Assembly (NCBI GenBank): GCA_965223845.1
Contig: CBDCXR010000004.1
Span: 7,328,001-7,392,000, forward strand
Reading direction: 5' to 3'
DNA from: Planctomycetota bacterium
Lineage (GTDB): Bacteria; Planctomycetota; UBA8108; SXIK01
Length of the DNA stretch: 64,000 nucleotides
The position numbers were made by a program, and so were the translations under genes. Each line of letters starts with the position of its first letter. Positions within the stretch are counted from its first letter, which is position 1. This document shows, piece by piece, positions 40,496-50,827 of the stretch. The notes beneath the pieces were generated by a model that ran no database searches, had not been told where the DNA came from, and was given only the letters and a program-made list of their open reading frames with translations.

Positions 40496-41044
40496 TTGGA
40501 AACAGAGATTGCGAAATACTTCTGCGAACTGGGGCAGCTAAAGCGCGTGAAACGTTCGGGGTGGTGGCTCGCCGGCGTCCGAGATCCAGAGAGTGTAGCT
40601 GAGCATACGTTTCGCACAGCAGCCATCGCGTACGTCCTGGAAGGGGCGAACCCGGAGAAGGCTGCGGCTCTTGCGTTGTTTCACGACACGGCAGAGGCGC
40701 GGGTCAATGACATGCATCGGCTGGGGAAGAAATACGCGGACTGGACCGGCGTAGAGGAAAAGGTTGTGGAGGACCAAACGTCATCCCTCTCGGAGGAAGT
40801 TGCGGAAGGAATTCGAGGGCTTACTGCCGAATACAAGGAAGCGAAGTCCAGCGAAGCCGTAATCGCTCGTGACGCTGATCGTTTGGAGTGCTTGCTTCAA
40901 GCCCATGAGTACCACCAGCAAGGGGTAGCGGCGGCGGAGGAGTGGATTCAGAATTCGCGAGACGCCCTTAGTACGGATGCCGCCAAGAAGATCGCAACAC
41001 AGGTGTTGAGTCACGACGCAGCCAATTGGTGGGAAGAAGACTGA
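40496..41044 (+). CDS. HD-domain hydrolase (YfbR/HDDC2-like 5'-nucleotidase)
   Basis: LKRVKRSGW, ESVAEHTFR, FHDTAEAR, DADRLE; TTG start after GGAGGT. Confidence 0.88.
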   Translation: METEIAKYFCELGQLKRVKRSGWWLAGVRDPESVAEHTFRTAAIAYVLEGANPEKAAALALFHDTAEARVNDMHRLGKKYADWTGVEEKVVEDQTSSLSEEVAEGIRGLTAEYKEAKSSEAVIARDADRLECLLQAHEYHQQGVAAAEEWIQNSRDALSTDAAKKIATQVLSHDAANWWEED

Positions 41045-43369
41045 ATGCCGAGATACGATTTTTCGTCGCTCTCTTGGGCAGACTTTGAGGAGCTGTCTCG
41101 GGATCTCCTCCAAGAGGAACTGTCCCTAACGTTGGAGAGCTTCAAAGCCGGTCGAGACAAAGGCATCGACCTACGGCACTCCAAAGATCCAAGCGGCGAC
41201 TTGATTGTGCAGTGCAAGCACTACGCGGCTTCGGGAACCGAAAAACTCATTCGACACCTCCGCAGCAAGGAACAGCCAAAGGTCAAGAAGCTTCAGCCGA
41301 AACGCTACCTTCTCGTGACCTCAGCCGGATTGACTCCCTCGAACAAGGACGAGATCAAAGGGATCTTCGCCCCTTTCGTACACACGCCCCAAGACATTTT
41401 CGGCTGCGATGAAGTAAACAATCTGCTTGGGAAGTTCCCGGAAGTCGAAAAACGTCATTTTAAACTCTGGCTGAACAGCGAGCCAATTCTACAGCGAGTA
41501 CTGCACAGCGATGTTTTCGTCCAGTCTGGCTTCGAGGAGAAGGAGATCAGGAAAACCCTAAAAACCTACGTGCAGACGAAGAGTTTTGGCAAGGCGTTGA
41601 ACGTTCTGGAAGACAACAAGGCGTGCATAATCTCTGGCATACCCGGCATAGGGAAGACAACGCTGGCGAAAATCCTCCTTGTCCACTACCTCAGCAAGGG
41701 CTTCGAGCTTATCAAGATACGAAACGACATCTCAGAGGCGCAGAGAACGTACAAAGTGGACGCGAAGCAGGTGTACTACTATGACGACTTCTTGGGTCAG
41801 ACGAGCCTCCGGGAAAAGTTGAACAAGAACGAAGACTCAGGGCTTATCAATTTCATTCGCCATCTGGAAGGGTCAAAGAGTAAGCGATTCATCCTGACAA
41901 CGCGGGAGTACATACTCCAGCAAGCCAGGTCTGTGTACGAACCGCTCGCCCGTGCGGACCTCGATTGGTACAAGCTCGTCGTCAGCTTGTCAGACTACAG
42001 CAACTTCGACAAAGCGAAGATACTCTTGAACCACCTGGAAGCTGCCTGCCTTTCAAAGCCCCACATTGCGAGTCTGATGCAGGGGAGGACTTACCTCAAG
42101 ATCATCAAGCATCCGAACTACAATCCACGAATCATTGAGTCCATGACCGACCGGGCGCGGATAAGGTCGGTCCCCCCAGAATCCTACGCGGAGCACTTCT
42201 TGCAGAGCCTGACGAGCCCGTCAGAGATTTGGTCACACGCCTTTGAGAAGCAGATAAGCACGAACGCACAGGAAGTCCTGTTCGTGCTTGCGAGCCTGCC
42301 CAGAGAGGTATTCCTCGACGACTTGCGTGTGGCATTCGAGGCTTTTCACCAGAGTGTGTGCGACAAGTACAATAGAGCGCACAGTTCAACAGATTTTCAG
42401 GAGGCTTTGAGGGAGCTGGAGGGCAGTTTCACCATCACTGAGAGAATCGATAAGGATTTTGTGGTTCGGTTTCACAACCCCTCGGTGCGAGACTATCTCG
42501 AATCTCGATTGGAGAAGGACGACCAGGTCGTACGTTCTCTCGTTGTAAGCTGTCGCTTCTTTGAGCAGCTTTCCGGGCTATGGAATCTCGCGCCGGCAGG
42601 GAATCGAACGTACCCCATCAGGCGGTTCATTGCTCAAGATGTCTCGTCCTTTGTGGAAAGCGCCGAGCGGAGTTTCCTAACGCAGTCCTGTGGACTCATG
42701 ACCGACTGGACGCCTCGGGAGCGGAGGGCGTTAGATGTCGAAGATCGGTTGGAGACCATCGTTCGTGTGTGCGCAGAGATCTCGGACGCAACGCACGCGG
42801 ACGCTTTGATCAGGATGACGAGGATAGTGCTGAATCGATTAGCGGAAGGACAGGGAGAGAAGGAGAGCCTTGTGGCTCTCCTTGAATACCTGAATGGCGC
42901 GGACAAGTTTGGGCTTAAGACGGAAGAGCTAATAGGAACTGCCCGTTCATTCTTCATAGGTGATCTGCGCTCACTTGATGATTTTGAGCGTTTCCTCGAA
43001 TTTCGGGAAATTGTCCCAAACGCGGTCACGGACGACGACTTTGATCTGGCTACAAGGACGTTTAGCGACGTTCACTTTGACGATTGCTACAACGAGGTTT
43101 GGGAGGCGAATGATCCCGAACAACTTGAAGAGTATAGAACGCGATTGAGCAGCGTGGGCAACGCACTGTCGGTCAGTACGAGCGTGGGCGAGGAGAGGAT
43201 TTCGGAGAAAGTGAGCGAGCTGGAGGAACAACAAGCGAGATACGAGGATCACTTGTACGACGAGTACCGCGAGGAGCGAGCGTTCAAGGAGCAAGAAGAG
43301 CGTGGTACCGACACGGAGATCGACCGGCTCTTTGATACGCTGCGCGAGAGTGCGGAGCAGTCAGAATGA
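41045..43369 (+). CDS. Mrr-like restriction endonuclease fused to nSTAND3-type NTPase
   Basis: DFEELSRDLL...DKGIDL...IVQCKHY nuclease; GIPGIGKTT Walker A, YYDDFLG Walker B, ILTTREYI, YNPRIIE, FHNPSVRDY; acidic C-terminus. Confidence 0.85.
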   Translation: MPRYDFSSLSWADFEELSRDLLQEELSLTLESFKAGRDKGIDLRHSKDPSGDLIVQCKHYAASGTEKLIRHLRSKEQPKVKKLQPKRYLLVTSAGLTPSNKDEIKGIFAPFVHTPQDIFGCDEVNNLLGKFPEVEKRHFKLWLNSEPILQRVLHSDVFVQSGFEEKEIRKTLKTYVQTKSFGKALNVLEDNKACIISGIPGIGKTTLAKILLVHYLSKGFELIKIRNDISEAQRTYKVDAKQVYYYDDFLGQTSLREKLNKNEDSGLINFIRHLEGSKSKRFILTTREYILQQARSVYEPLARADLDWYKLVVSLSDYSNFDKAKILLNHLEAACLSKPHIASLMQGRTYLKIIKHPNYNPRIIESMTDRARIRSVPPESYAEHFLQSLTSPSEIWSHAFEKQISTNAQEVLFVLASLPREVFLDDLRVAFEAFHQSVCDKYNRAHSSTDFQEALRELEGSFTITERIDKDFVVRFHNPSVRDYLESRLEKDDQVVRSLVVSCRFFEQLSGLWNLAPAGNRTYPIRRFIAQDVSSFVESAERSFLTQSCGLMTDWTPRERRALDVEDRLETIVRVCAEISDATHADALIRMTRIVLNRLAEGQGEKESLVALLEYLNGADKFGLKTEELIGTARSFFIGDLRSLDDFERFLEFREIVPNAVTDDDFDLATRTFSDVHFDDCYNEVWEANDPEQLEEYRTRLSSVGNALSVSTSVGEERISEKVSELEEQQARYEDHLYDEYREERAFKEQEERGTDTEIDRLFDTLRESAEQSE

Positions 43370-43503
43370 CCGCCGACCAAAGCTCTGCGCCTCTATCGTT
43401 TTACGATCAAGGCTCGTCTGGACATCGTCGCGATTCAAGTTGGGAATCTGAATTGAAGTTGCTGGTGCCGTGGCTGCGTGTGACTATGACGATTCGGTGA
43501 GTC

Positions 43504-44109
43504 GTGTTGTTCGACCGGAGAGATGCAGTGAGCCGACGATCTGACGAAAGCGTACAGCCGCCCCCATCGGTTTCAGTGCCAGGGCTCAGCGTCGTCGAAC
43601 TGGTGATGGCGATCGAGGAGACTTTCGGGCTCGCCATTCCCGACAGCGACGCGGAGCGGATCGTCACCGTGGGTGATATCAAGAGGTACCTGAGGTCCCG
43701 TGTCCGGCGTGACTGTTCAACCGATTGTGCTTCGCAGCGAGCGTTTTACCGCCTGAGAAGCGTCGTTTGTGACGAGCTGTGCGTTTCGCCGAAGGTCGTA
43801 CAGCCCCGCCGGAGGTGGCTCGATGTTCTCCCTGCACGAGGTCGTCGTGTAGCGTGGAAGCGAATCGTAAGGAGGGCACGGCTTCCTCACCGCGCCCGTT
43901 GGAGCCTTCCGGTCCTTCGCTGGAACCTGCCGTCATTCCGAAACACGGTAGGATGGTCAGCGCGTCTACTGGCGGCGTCGGAGCCTCTGCCTGTCAAGGC
44001 TCCCAGTGAAGGCTGGACTCGCGATGAGATTTCGCGCACGGTTGACCGCTTGGTGATGGACGTGTGCGAAATCACGGACTTCTCCGACGAGGTTTTCCTC
44101 GCAGACTGA
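43504..44109 (+). CDS. Protein with acyl-carrier-protein-like domain (start uncertain, possibly degenerate)
   Basis: [33 protein letters not shown] followed by [11 protein letters not shown]. Confidence 0.55.
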   Translation: MLFDRRDAVSRRSDESVQPPPSVSVPGLSVVELVMAIEETFGLAIPDSDAERIVTVGDIKRYLRSRVRRDCSTDCASQRAFYRLRSVVCDELCVSPKVVQPRRRWLDVLPARGRRVAWKRIVRRARLPHRARWSLPVLRWNLPSFRNTVGWSARLLAASEPLPVKAPSEGWTRDEISRTVDRLVMDVCEITDFSDEVFLAD

Positions 44110-44232
44110 ACGAGCAGTTTGACGCCGATGTTCGGCGGGTACGATCGCAGTTCTTCGCGGTTTTCATCCGTCCCTTTCACGTCCCAGAACTTCGGACAAC
44201 TGCGCAGCGAATCCCGTAAGTCCTGGAAAGAG

Positions 44233-44309
<77 letters not shown>

Positions 44310-44436
44310 ACAAGGACACGTCGCGGTCGTCGAACGTAGCGGCGCCCTCGCGGGAGCGCAAGCGGTTTCGCGCGTCGCTCCGCGGGCTCTTCGCGACGTG
44401 GAATCGGCTTCCGGGCGCCGGTATGATTCTGGCGCT

Positions 44437-45480
44437 ATGGAGGTCTCGGAACGATCGAACGAGGCGGATTCTTCCGGCGCGCCTCGCCGGAGGAAGCGGA
44501 AGCGCCGGCGGAACCGTTTTCGCCGGGCGATCGGTCGCTACCTCGGCTACTTCGGTCTTCGCGCCGCGTACGCCATCGTCTCCCGCTTGCCGCTCCCGAT
44601 GGGGCTCGCTCTCAGTCGATGGGTCGGCCAGATTCTCTACTGCTTCGCGTTTCGCCTGCGGCGGACGGGCATCGAGAATCTCACGCACGTCTACGGGGAC
44701 TCGCGCTCGCCGAAGGAGATCCGCCGGATGGTGCGCGACGTGTTTCGGAACTCAGCCGCGACCGGGATCGAGTTCATGATCCTTCGTCGCTGGTCGACCG
44801 AGCGTCTTCGCGAAGCGTTTCCGGAAGTCGCCGCGGCGGTCGAGCGCCTCGAGCACGACGTGAGGGAGAGCGGTTCGGGGATCGTCGGCATCACGGCGCA
44901 CTTCGGCAACTGGGAGATGCTCTCCGTCCTGGTCAGTCGCTTCGCCCCGGGTTTGCTCGTCCCCGTCGCGAAGCCCGTCTACTTCGAGAAATACCAAGCT
45001 TTCGTTCACCGGCTGCGCACCGAGGACGGAATCGAAGTCATCTACAACGATGAATCGCCGCGAAAACTTTTCCGCGCCATTCGAAAGGGACAGTTGCTCG
45101 GTCTTCTCCCGGATCAGAACTTGAGAACGAACAGCGGAGTCTTCGTCGAGTTCTTCGGTCGACCCGCCTACACGGCGACCTTTCCAGTCGACATCGCGCG
45201 GAAGCTGAGCGTCCCGATGCTCTTTTGCGTTCTCGCGAGAACCGATCCCACGCTTCGATCCCGAGGCTACCGCATTCTCTATGAGCCGCCGTGGACCCCT
45301 CCCGGCGGGGATGATCTCGAAGCGAGCCGACTCGCTGCGACGGCGAAGTGGACCGCGATCACTGAGCGTGCGATCCGCGAGTCGCCGGTTCAGTGGTCGT
45401 GGTGCTACCGCCGGTGGAAGAACCAACCCGGGAATCCGCGGCTCCCGCACGCAAGCCGAACCGAGGCGCCGGCGACGTGA
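44437..45480 (+). CDS. Lipid A biosynthesis acyltransferase (LpxL/HtrB-like)
   Basis: TAHFGNWE, LLPDQ, VEFFGRPA, QWSWCYRRWK. Confidence 0.88.
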   Translation: MEVSERSNEADSSGAPRRRKRKRRRNRFRRAIGRYLGYFGLRAAYAIVSRLPLPMGLALSRWVGQILYCFAFRLRRTGIENLTHVYGDSRSPKEIRRMVRDVFRNSAATGIEFMILRRWSTERLREAFPEVAAAVERLEHDVRESGSGIVGITAHFGNWEMLSVLVSRFAPGLLVPVAKPVYFEKYQAFVHRLRTEDGIEVIYNDESPRKLFRAIRKGQLLGLLPDQNLRTNSGVFVEFFGRPAYTATFPVDIARKLSVPMLFCVLARTDPTLRSRGYRILYEPPWTPPGGDDLEASRLAATAKWTAITERAIRESPVQWSWCYRRWKNQPGNPRLPHASRTEAPAT

Positions 45481-46199
45481 ACGATTCGCGCTCGGTACGT
45501 GTCGTGCTCGTCGACGTGGGAGGGACGCTCCTTCGCGTGCGTCACTCCGTCGGCACGGTCTACGCGACGACTGCCGCGGAACACGGCGTGGACGTCGAAG
45601 CGTCTAGGCTCGACCTGGCGTTTCGGAGCGCCTGGTCGGACTCGCTCGAGCGTCGACGGCGGCGACGGTTCGCGTGCAGCGACGAGCTTCTTCGCGAGGA
45701 ATGGCGCTGGATCGTCGAGCGAACGTTCGGCGATGTCGTTCCCCCGAATCGCATGTCCGCTCTCTTCGAGGATCTCTACGCCCGGTTCGCGTCGGCGGAC
45801 GCGTGGGACGTAGCGCCGAACGCGCGCGCGAATCTCTCGTATCTGCGGACGAAGGGAGTGCGGCTCGGTGTGTTCTCGAATTGGGACAGCCGACTCGCGC
45901 GGACTCTCGAGGAGCTCGACCTCGCGTCGGCGTTTGATTTCCAGGTGGTGTCTCACGCCGTGGGCGTCGAGAAACCGCACCCCGACATGTTTCGAGTGGC
46001 ACTCGACAGGGGCGGAGGTCCACCGAGCGCGACGGTCGTCGTCGGAGACTCGTACGAGGCCGACATCGCCGCGGCGCGCGCGCTAGGGCTTCGGACGATC
46101 TGGATGACGAAGAGTGCGCCGGACGGAGGGGCGGACGATCAGATCGACGGGTTTCCGGGGGATCCCGCGTCGTATTGGGCTGCGTGGATCGCGGGGTAG
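45477..46199 (+). CDS. HAD-superfamily hydrolase
   Basis: DVGGTL, SNWD, EKPHP, VGDSYEADI; GTGA overlap with upstream gene. Confidence 0.88.
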   Translation: MNDSRSVRVVLVDVGGTLLRVRHSVGTVYATTAAEHGVDVEASRLDLAFRSAWSDSLERRRRRRFACSDELLREEWRWIVERTFGDVVPPNRMSALFEDLYARFASADAWDVAPNARANLSYLRTKGVRLGVFSNWDSRLARTLEELDLASAFDFQVVSHAVGVEKPHPDMFRVALDRGGGPPSATVVVGDSYEADIAAARALGLRTIWMTKSAPDGGADDQIDGFPGDPASYWAAWIAG

Positions 46200-46314
46200 C
46201 AGGAACCTGCAGTTTTCGAAACACTGTGTCAGAATCTTCGACGACGTCGTGCGGACGGGCGTCGCAGCTGCGGGGCCGGCGAAGTGAATCATCAGCAAGG
46301 AGTCGAGAGCGAGC

Positions 46315-46629
46315 ATGATCCTCAGCAACGTCGAGACCGTGCCTGGTCGACACATCGTCGAGCACTACGGACTTGTCCAGGGGAGCACGATCCGAGCTAA
46401 GCACGTCGGACGCGATTTCATGGCCGGCCTCAAGAACATCGTAGGCGGCGAGCTCAAGGGCTACACCGAGCTCCTCCAGGACTCGCGCAAGGAGGCGACC
46501 GCGCGCATGATCGCTCAGGGCGAGGAGCTGGGCGCGAACGCGATCGTCAACGTGCGCTACGCCACGTCTTCGGTCGCCCAGGGCGCGGCCGAGATCCTCT
46601 GCTACGGAACCGCCGTTCGGGTGGAGTGA
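46315..46629 (+). CDS. YbjQ (UPF0145) family protein
   Basis: GRDFMAGLKNIVGGELKGY...GANAIVNVR...YGTAV. Confidence 0.92.
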   Translation: MILSNVETVPGRHIVEHYGLVQGSTIRAKHVGRDFMAGLKNIVGGELKGYTELLQDSRKEATARMIAQGEELGANAIVNVRYATSSVAQGAAEILCYGTAVRVE

Positions 46630-46630
46630 G

Positions 46631-47092
46631 ATGGACCACCTGGAACTCGTCCTTACGCTAATCAGCTTGAGCTTGTTTCCGCTCGCGTTCTTCACGGGCT
46701 TCGTCTTCCGCAACGCACACTACCAGCGGATCCACGAGCGCGAGGACGCTACGATCGATCAACCCGCGGTGACCTTCCGCAGCTTGCCCGACGACCGCGC
46801 CGTCGAAAGCGCGACTCTCGCGCGTGGGTCGGTCGTCATGAGCGTCGACTATTTCCGACACGTGCTCAGCTCGCTCAAAAAGCTCGTCGGCGGAGAGCTG
46901 GGTTACTACTCGCAGATGCTCGATCGCGCGCGACGCGAGGCGCTCTTGCGAATGAAGGAGAGCGTTCCCGACGCGGATATCTTCGTCAACACGCGGCTCG
47001 AAACGACGACGCTCATCGGCAAGGGCGATCGCCCGAGTGGAGTCGTCGAGATCGTCGCTTACTCGACCGCGATTCGATTCTCCGACCGGTAA
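46631..47092 (+). CDS. Membrane-anchored YbjQ family protein
   Basis: N-terminal TM; GSVVMSVDYF...GGELGYY...DRARREALLRMKE. Confidence 0.85.
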   Translation: MDHLELVLTLISLSLFPLAFFTGFVFRNAHYQRIHEREDATIDQPAVTFRSLPDDRAVESATLARGSVVMSVDYFRHVLSSLKKLVGGELGYYSQMLDRARREALLRMKESVPDADIFVNTRLETTTLIGKGDRPSGVVEIVAYSTAIRFSDR

Positions 47093-47097
47093 TCAGC

Positions 47098-47868
47098 ATG
47101 AAGTTCGTGCCGCGGCGACTGGAGCGCACAGCGGAGATTTCGAGCGGAAAGACGAAGCTCTCGTCATCGCTCAAGGTGGCAGCGATCGTCGCCGCGAGCT
47201 TGATTGCGGCGTGGTTCCTCGTCGGCGTCGTCGCGGACGGAATCGCCGAGCGCATCACCGCCGAGACGGAAGCGCGGTGGTTCGGCGGGCTCGGAGAGAC
47301 TCTAGCCGCCGGCGGCGAAGAGACGAAGACTCCTGATCTCGAGCGAGCCGAGAGAATTCTCGGGGAGCTGCTCGAGGCCGGCGACCTTCGCGCCCTCCCG
47401 TTCCGTCTGGTGGAGCTCGACGACGACGCGCCGAACGCGCTCGCCGCGCCCGGCGGGCTCGTCGGAGTGACGCGCGGGCTTCTCGACCGCGTTCGGAGCG
47501 AGCGGGGTCTCGCGATGGTGCTCGCGCACGAGCTCGGCCACCATCACCATCGGCACACCCTCAGGCGAGTCGGGCGAGCTCTCGCTCTACAGGCTCTCCT
47601 CGCGCTCGTCGATGGCGGCGCAGCTCTCGAGCAGAGCGTCGGCCTCGCCGAAGCGAGTTATTCGCGCGACCAGGAGCGAGAGGCGGACCGGTTCGGCCTC
47701 GAGCTCGTCCACCGCGCGTACGGCGGTCTCGATGGGGCGCTCGAGTTCTTCGAACTCGTCGAGGAGGAAGAGCGGGAGGCGTGGACGGACTTCACCTCGA
47801 GTCACCCGTTGACGAGCAAGAGACTCGAGGAGCTTCGCGAGTTCGCGCGCGAACTCGAGACACGCTGA
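47098..47868 (+). CDS. M48 family metallopeptidase
   Basis: PNALAAPGG, VLAHELGH, YSRDQEREAD, SSHP. Confidence 0.9.
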   Translation: MKFVPRRLERTAEISSGKTKLSSSLKVAAIVAASLIAAWFLVGVVADGIAERITAETEARWFGGLGETLAAGGEETKTPDLERAERILGELLEAGDLRALPFRLVELDDDAPNALAAPGGLVGVTRGLLDRVRSERGLAMVLAHELGHHHHRHTLRRVGRALALQALLALVDGGAALEQSVGLAEASYSRDQEREADRFGLELVHRAYGGLDGALEFFELVEEEEREAWTDFTSSHPLTSKRLEELREFARELETR

Positions 47869-48435
47869 GCCGCGATCATCGGGGCACGGGCGATAGGACG
47901 TCCGAAACGCCCGCTGCGACTGCCCGAACACTCACCAAATCCAGCCGCCAGACCCCGAAAAAAAAAAGCGGGCAGGCCAGCCTGAAGGTTGTTTGGGTCG
48001 AAAGGGTAGGGTTGGAGTTGGGTGAGATGATCGGCTGGCCCACCCGCTGGATATTTTGCCGTTCGTTTCCGGGTCGCGCAACTATTTTGGCCGAGTTCTT
48101 TGTGTCGCTCGGGCGGCCCGAGCGCTATCATTTTCGGCCCTTTTTTGGGCCGGAGCTCGCGCCGCGTCCGCGTCTGCAGGCGATCCTAACCTCGTGCAGA
48201 GGTGCGCTTTAGCTGTCCGATCGACCGCGGGTTCGTCCGCTGAACCCGCACGGAGGCCGAGCGGTGATGCGTTCGCGGCTCCCTCGGCGCGTTGATCCCC
48301 CCGGGGCCCGTCGATCGCCGCACCGCGCGATTTTCCCCTCGGGCCGCTCACAGGGAGTCCCGATTCCCGCCGAAGTACGGAAGAGCCGCGGCGTCCGGTC
48401 TCCTATGTTCGTGAGCCCCTTCGAGTTGAAGTGTT

Positions 48436-49722
48436 ATGACTGAGCCATTCCGCATCGGCCTGATCGGCTGCGGCACCGTCGGTTCCGGCGTGCTCGATCT
48501 TCTCGAGCGTCGCGCGGCGGAGCTCACGCGGGCGACCGGGCGCTCGTTCCGAGTCGTCCGAGTCGCGGTGCGCGATGCGTCTCGGCCACGGAACGTCGCC
48601 GCGCTCGATCGCGGAGTCGAGCTCACGGAGGACGCGATGGCGGTCGCGAGAGCGCCCGACCTCGATGTCGTCGCCGAGGTGGCCGGCGGCGTCGACTCCC
48701 CGCGCGACTGGATGGTCGCAGCTCTCACGTCCGGGAAAGACGTAGTCACGGCCAACAAAGCTGCGCTCGCGGGTCACGGCCCAGAGATATTCGCTGCGGC
48801 CGTCGAGAACGGGCGTCGCGTCTACTATGAGGCGAGCGTCGCCGCCGCGATCCCCATCATCGAAGTCCTTCAAAACGGTCTCGTCGCGAATCGTGTCACC
48901 CGACTCGACGGCATTCTCAACGGCACCTGCAACTTCATCCTGTCCCGCATGGAGCGGGATGGAATCAGCTACGAAGCCGCGCTCACCGAAGCGCAGCAGC
49001 GGGGCTTCGCCGAGGCCGATCCAACTCTCGACGTGAGCGGCGAAGATGCCGCGCACAAGCTCGCTCTGCTCGGCGGGATCATCACCCACGCGCCGATCGA
49101 CGCGCGCAGCATTCCGACCGAGGGCCTAACGGAGATCACCGCGCAGGACATCGTCTTCGCTCGCGAGCTCGGGTACGCCGTCCGCATGCTCGCGATCGCG
49201 CGGTGCACTGAGGAGAGCACGTGGGACTTTCGCGTTCACCCCACGCTCGTCCCGAGTCGTGGCTTGCTGGCACAAGTCGAAGATGAGTTCAATGCGGTTC
49301 AGCTCCGCAGCACCGCGGCGGGTCCGATGGTCCTCTACGGAAAGGGCGCGGGATCCCTTCCGACCGCGTCGAGCGTCGTCGCCGATCTCGCGCGCGCCGC
49401 GCGCCGCGAGCCCACCGCCTACGGACCGGCCGCGGGCGAGCCGCCGCCGCGCGTCGATCTCGGTGACGTCGCCCTGCGCAACTACATCCGCATGGAAGTG
49501 ATCGATGCGCCGGGTGTGCTCGGTCGCATCACGTCTTTTCTCGGCATGCGGAGCATCAGCATCGCCAGTCTTCGCCAGCCCGAAGCGCACGTCGGCCGCG
49601 AAGTGCCGGTGGTTCTCGTTACGCACCGAACGGTCGATCGCGTCGTGAGCAGCGCGCTCCGCGAGCTCGCCGAGGCGAAGCTGCTCACGAAGCCGGCGAC
49701 GCGGATCCGTATCGAAGACTGA
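48436..49722 (+). CDS. hom: Homoserine dehydrogenase
   Basis: GCGTVG, VVTANK, ILNGTCNFIL, GFAEADPTLD, GAGSLPTAS; C-terminal ACT domain. Confidence 0.95.
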   Translation: MTEPFRIGLIGCGTVGSGVLDLLERRAAELTRATGRSFRVVRVAVRDASRPRNVAALDRGVELTEDAMAVARAPDLDVVAEVAGGVDSPRDWMVAALTSGKDVVTANKAALAGHGPEIFAAAVENGRRVYYEASVAAAIPIIEVLQNGLVANRVTRLDGILNGTCNFILSRMERDGISYEAALTEAQQRGFAEADPTLDVSGEDAAHKLALLGGIITHAPIDARSIPTEGLTEITAQDIVFARELGYAVRMLAIARCTEESTWDFRVHPTLVPSRGLLAQVEDEFNAVQLRSTAAGPMVLYGKGAGSLPTASSVVADLARAARREPTAYGPAAGEPPPRVDLGDVALRNYIRMEVIDAPGVLGRITSFLGMRSISIASLRQPEAHVGREVPVVLVTHRTVDRVVSSALRELAEAKLLTKPATRIRIED

Positions 49723-49735
49723 TGGAGCGAGCAGA

Positions 49736-50827
49736 ATGACGGTCCAGCTTCAGGGGAAACCATCGCTGATCGAACGCTATCGCGACGTTCTCGACTCCGT
49801 GTCGGCGTCGACGCCGATCGTGAGCCTACAGGAGGGCGGCACTCCGCTGCTTCGCGCGCGGCGCCTCGAAGCGCATCTCGACGCGATCGCGGGCCGGGCG
49901 CTCGAGCTCGAGCTCTATCTCAAGTTCGACGGCAACAACCCGACCGGATCGTTCAAGGACCGCGGAATGACGATGGCGATCTCGCTCGCCGTCGAGCACG
50001 GCACTCGCGGGGTGATTTGCGCTTCGACCGGAAACACCTCGGCCTCGGCCGCCGCATACGCCGCGCGTGCGGGGATTCCGTGCTTCGTGGTGATCCCGGA
50101 TGGCAATATCGCCATGGGAAAGCTCGCCCAGGCCGTGATGGCCGGGGCGAAGGTGATCGCCATCCGCGGCAAGTTCGACGTCGCGCTCGATCTCGTCCGT
50201 CGCGTGGAAGATGAACTCTCGCTGACGCTCGTCAATTCGGTCAATCCGCACCGCATCGAAGGACAGCAGACGGCGTCGTGGGAGATCGTCGATGCGCTCG
50301 GAGACGCCCCGACGCACCATTTCATCCCCGTGGGGAACGCCGGCAATATCACCGCGCACTGGCGGGGTTACCGTCGATTCCGCGACGAGGGGCGTGCGAC
50401 GCGTCTCCCGCGCATGATGGGGTTTCAGGCGGCGGGGGCCGCACCGATCGTGAGCGGGAAGCCGGTCCCGGATCCGAAGACGCTCGCGACGGCGATCCAG
50501 ATCGGGAACCCCGCGAGCTGGAAGGGCGCGGAAGCGGCGCGCGACGAGTCGGGCGGGCTCATCGAGGCGGTCACCGACGACGAGATCGTCGCCGCGTATC
50601 AGCTCGTCGTCGAGAAGGAGGGGGTTTTCGCCGAGCCCGCGTCCGCGGCGTCGATCGCCGGACTCGTGAAGCTCGCGTCCGAGGGGCGCATGGACACCGG
50701 CGCGATCGCCGTCTGCACGCTCACGGGGCACGGACTCAAGGATCCCGATCGAGCGATCGCGACCGCGCCGGCGCACCGAACCATCGATGCGACCTTCGAC
50801 GCCGTTCGAGGAGAGATCGAGCGATGA
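49736..50827 (+). CDS. thrC: Threonine synthase
   Basis: NPTGSFKDRG, CASTGNTS, PVGNAGN, EPASAA, TGHGLKD. Confidence 0.95.
   Translation: MTVQLQGKPSLIERYRDVLDSVSASTPIVSLQEGGTPLLRARRLEAHLDAIAGRALELELYLKFDGNNPTGSFKDRGMTMAISLAVEHGTRGVICASTGNTSASAAAYAARAGIPCFVVIPDGNIAMGKLAQAVMAGAKVIAIRGKFDVALDLVRRVEDELSLTLVNSVNPHRIEGQQTASWEIVDALGDAPTHHFIPVGNAGNITAHWRGYRRFRDEGRATRLPRMMGFQAAGAAPIVSGKPVPDPKTLATAIQIGNPASWKGAEAARDESGGLIEAVTDDEIVAAYQLVVEKEGVFAEPASAASIAGLVKLASEGRMDTGAIAVCTLTGHGLKDPDRAIATAPAHRTIDATFDAVRGEIER

Noticed and set aside
48198-48430. Lysine riboswitch upstream of hom-thrC-thrB-lysC
   Set aside because: AGAGGTGCG matches the 5' start, but the AGTA loop-E and AAAGG...GCCGAA elements are not in the expected places.
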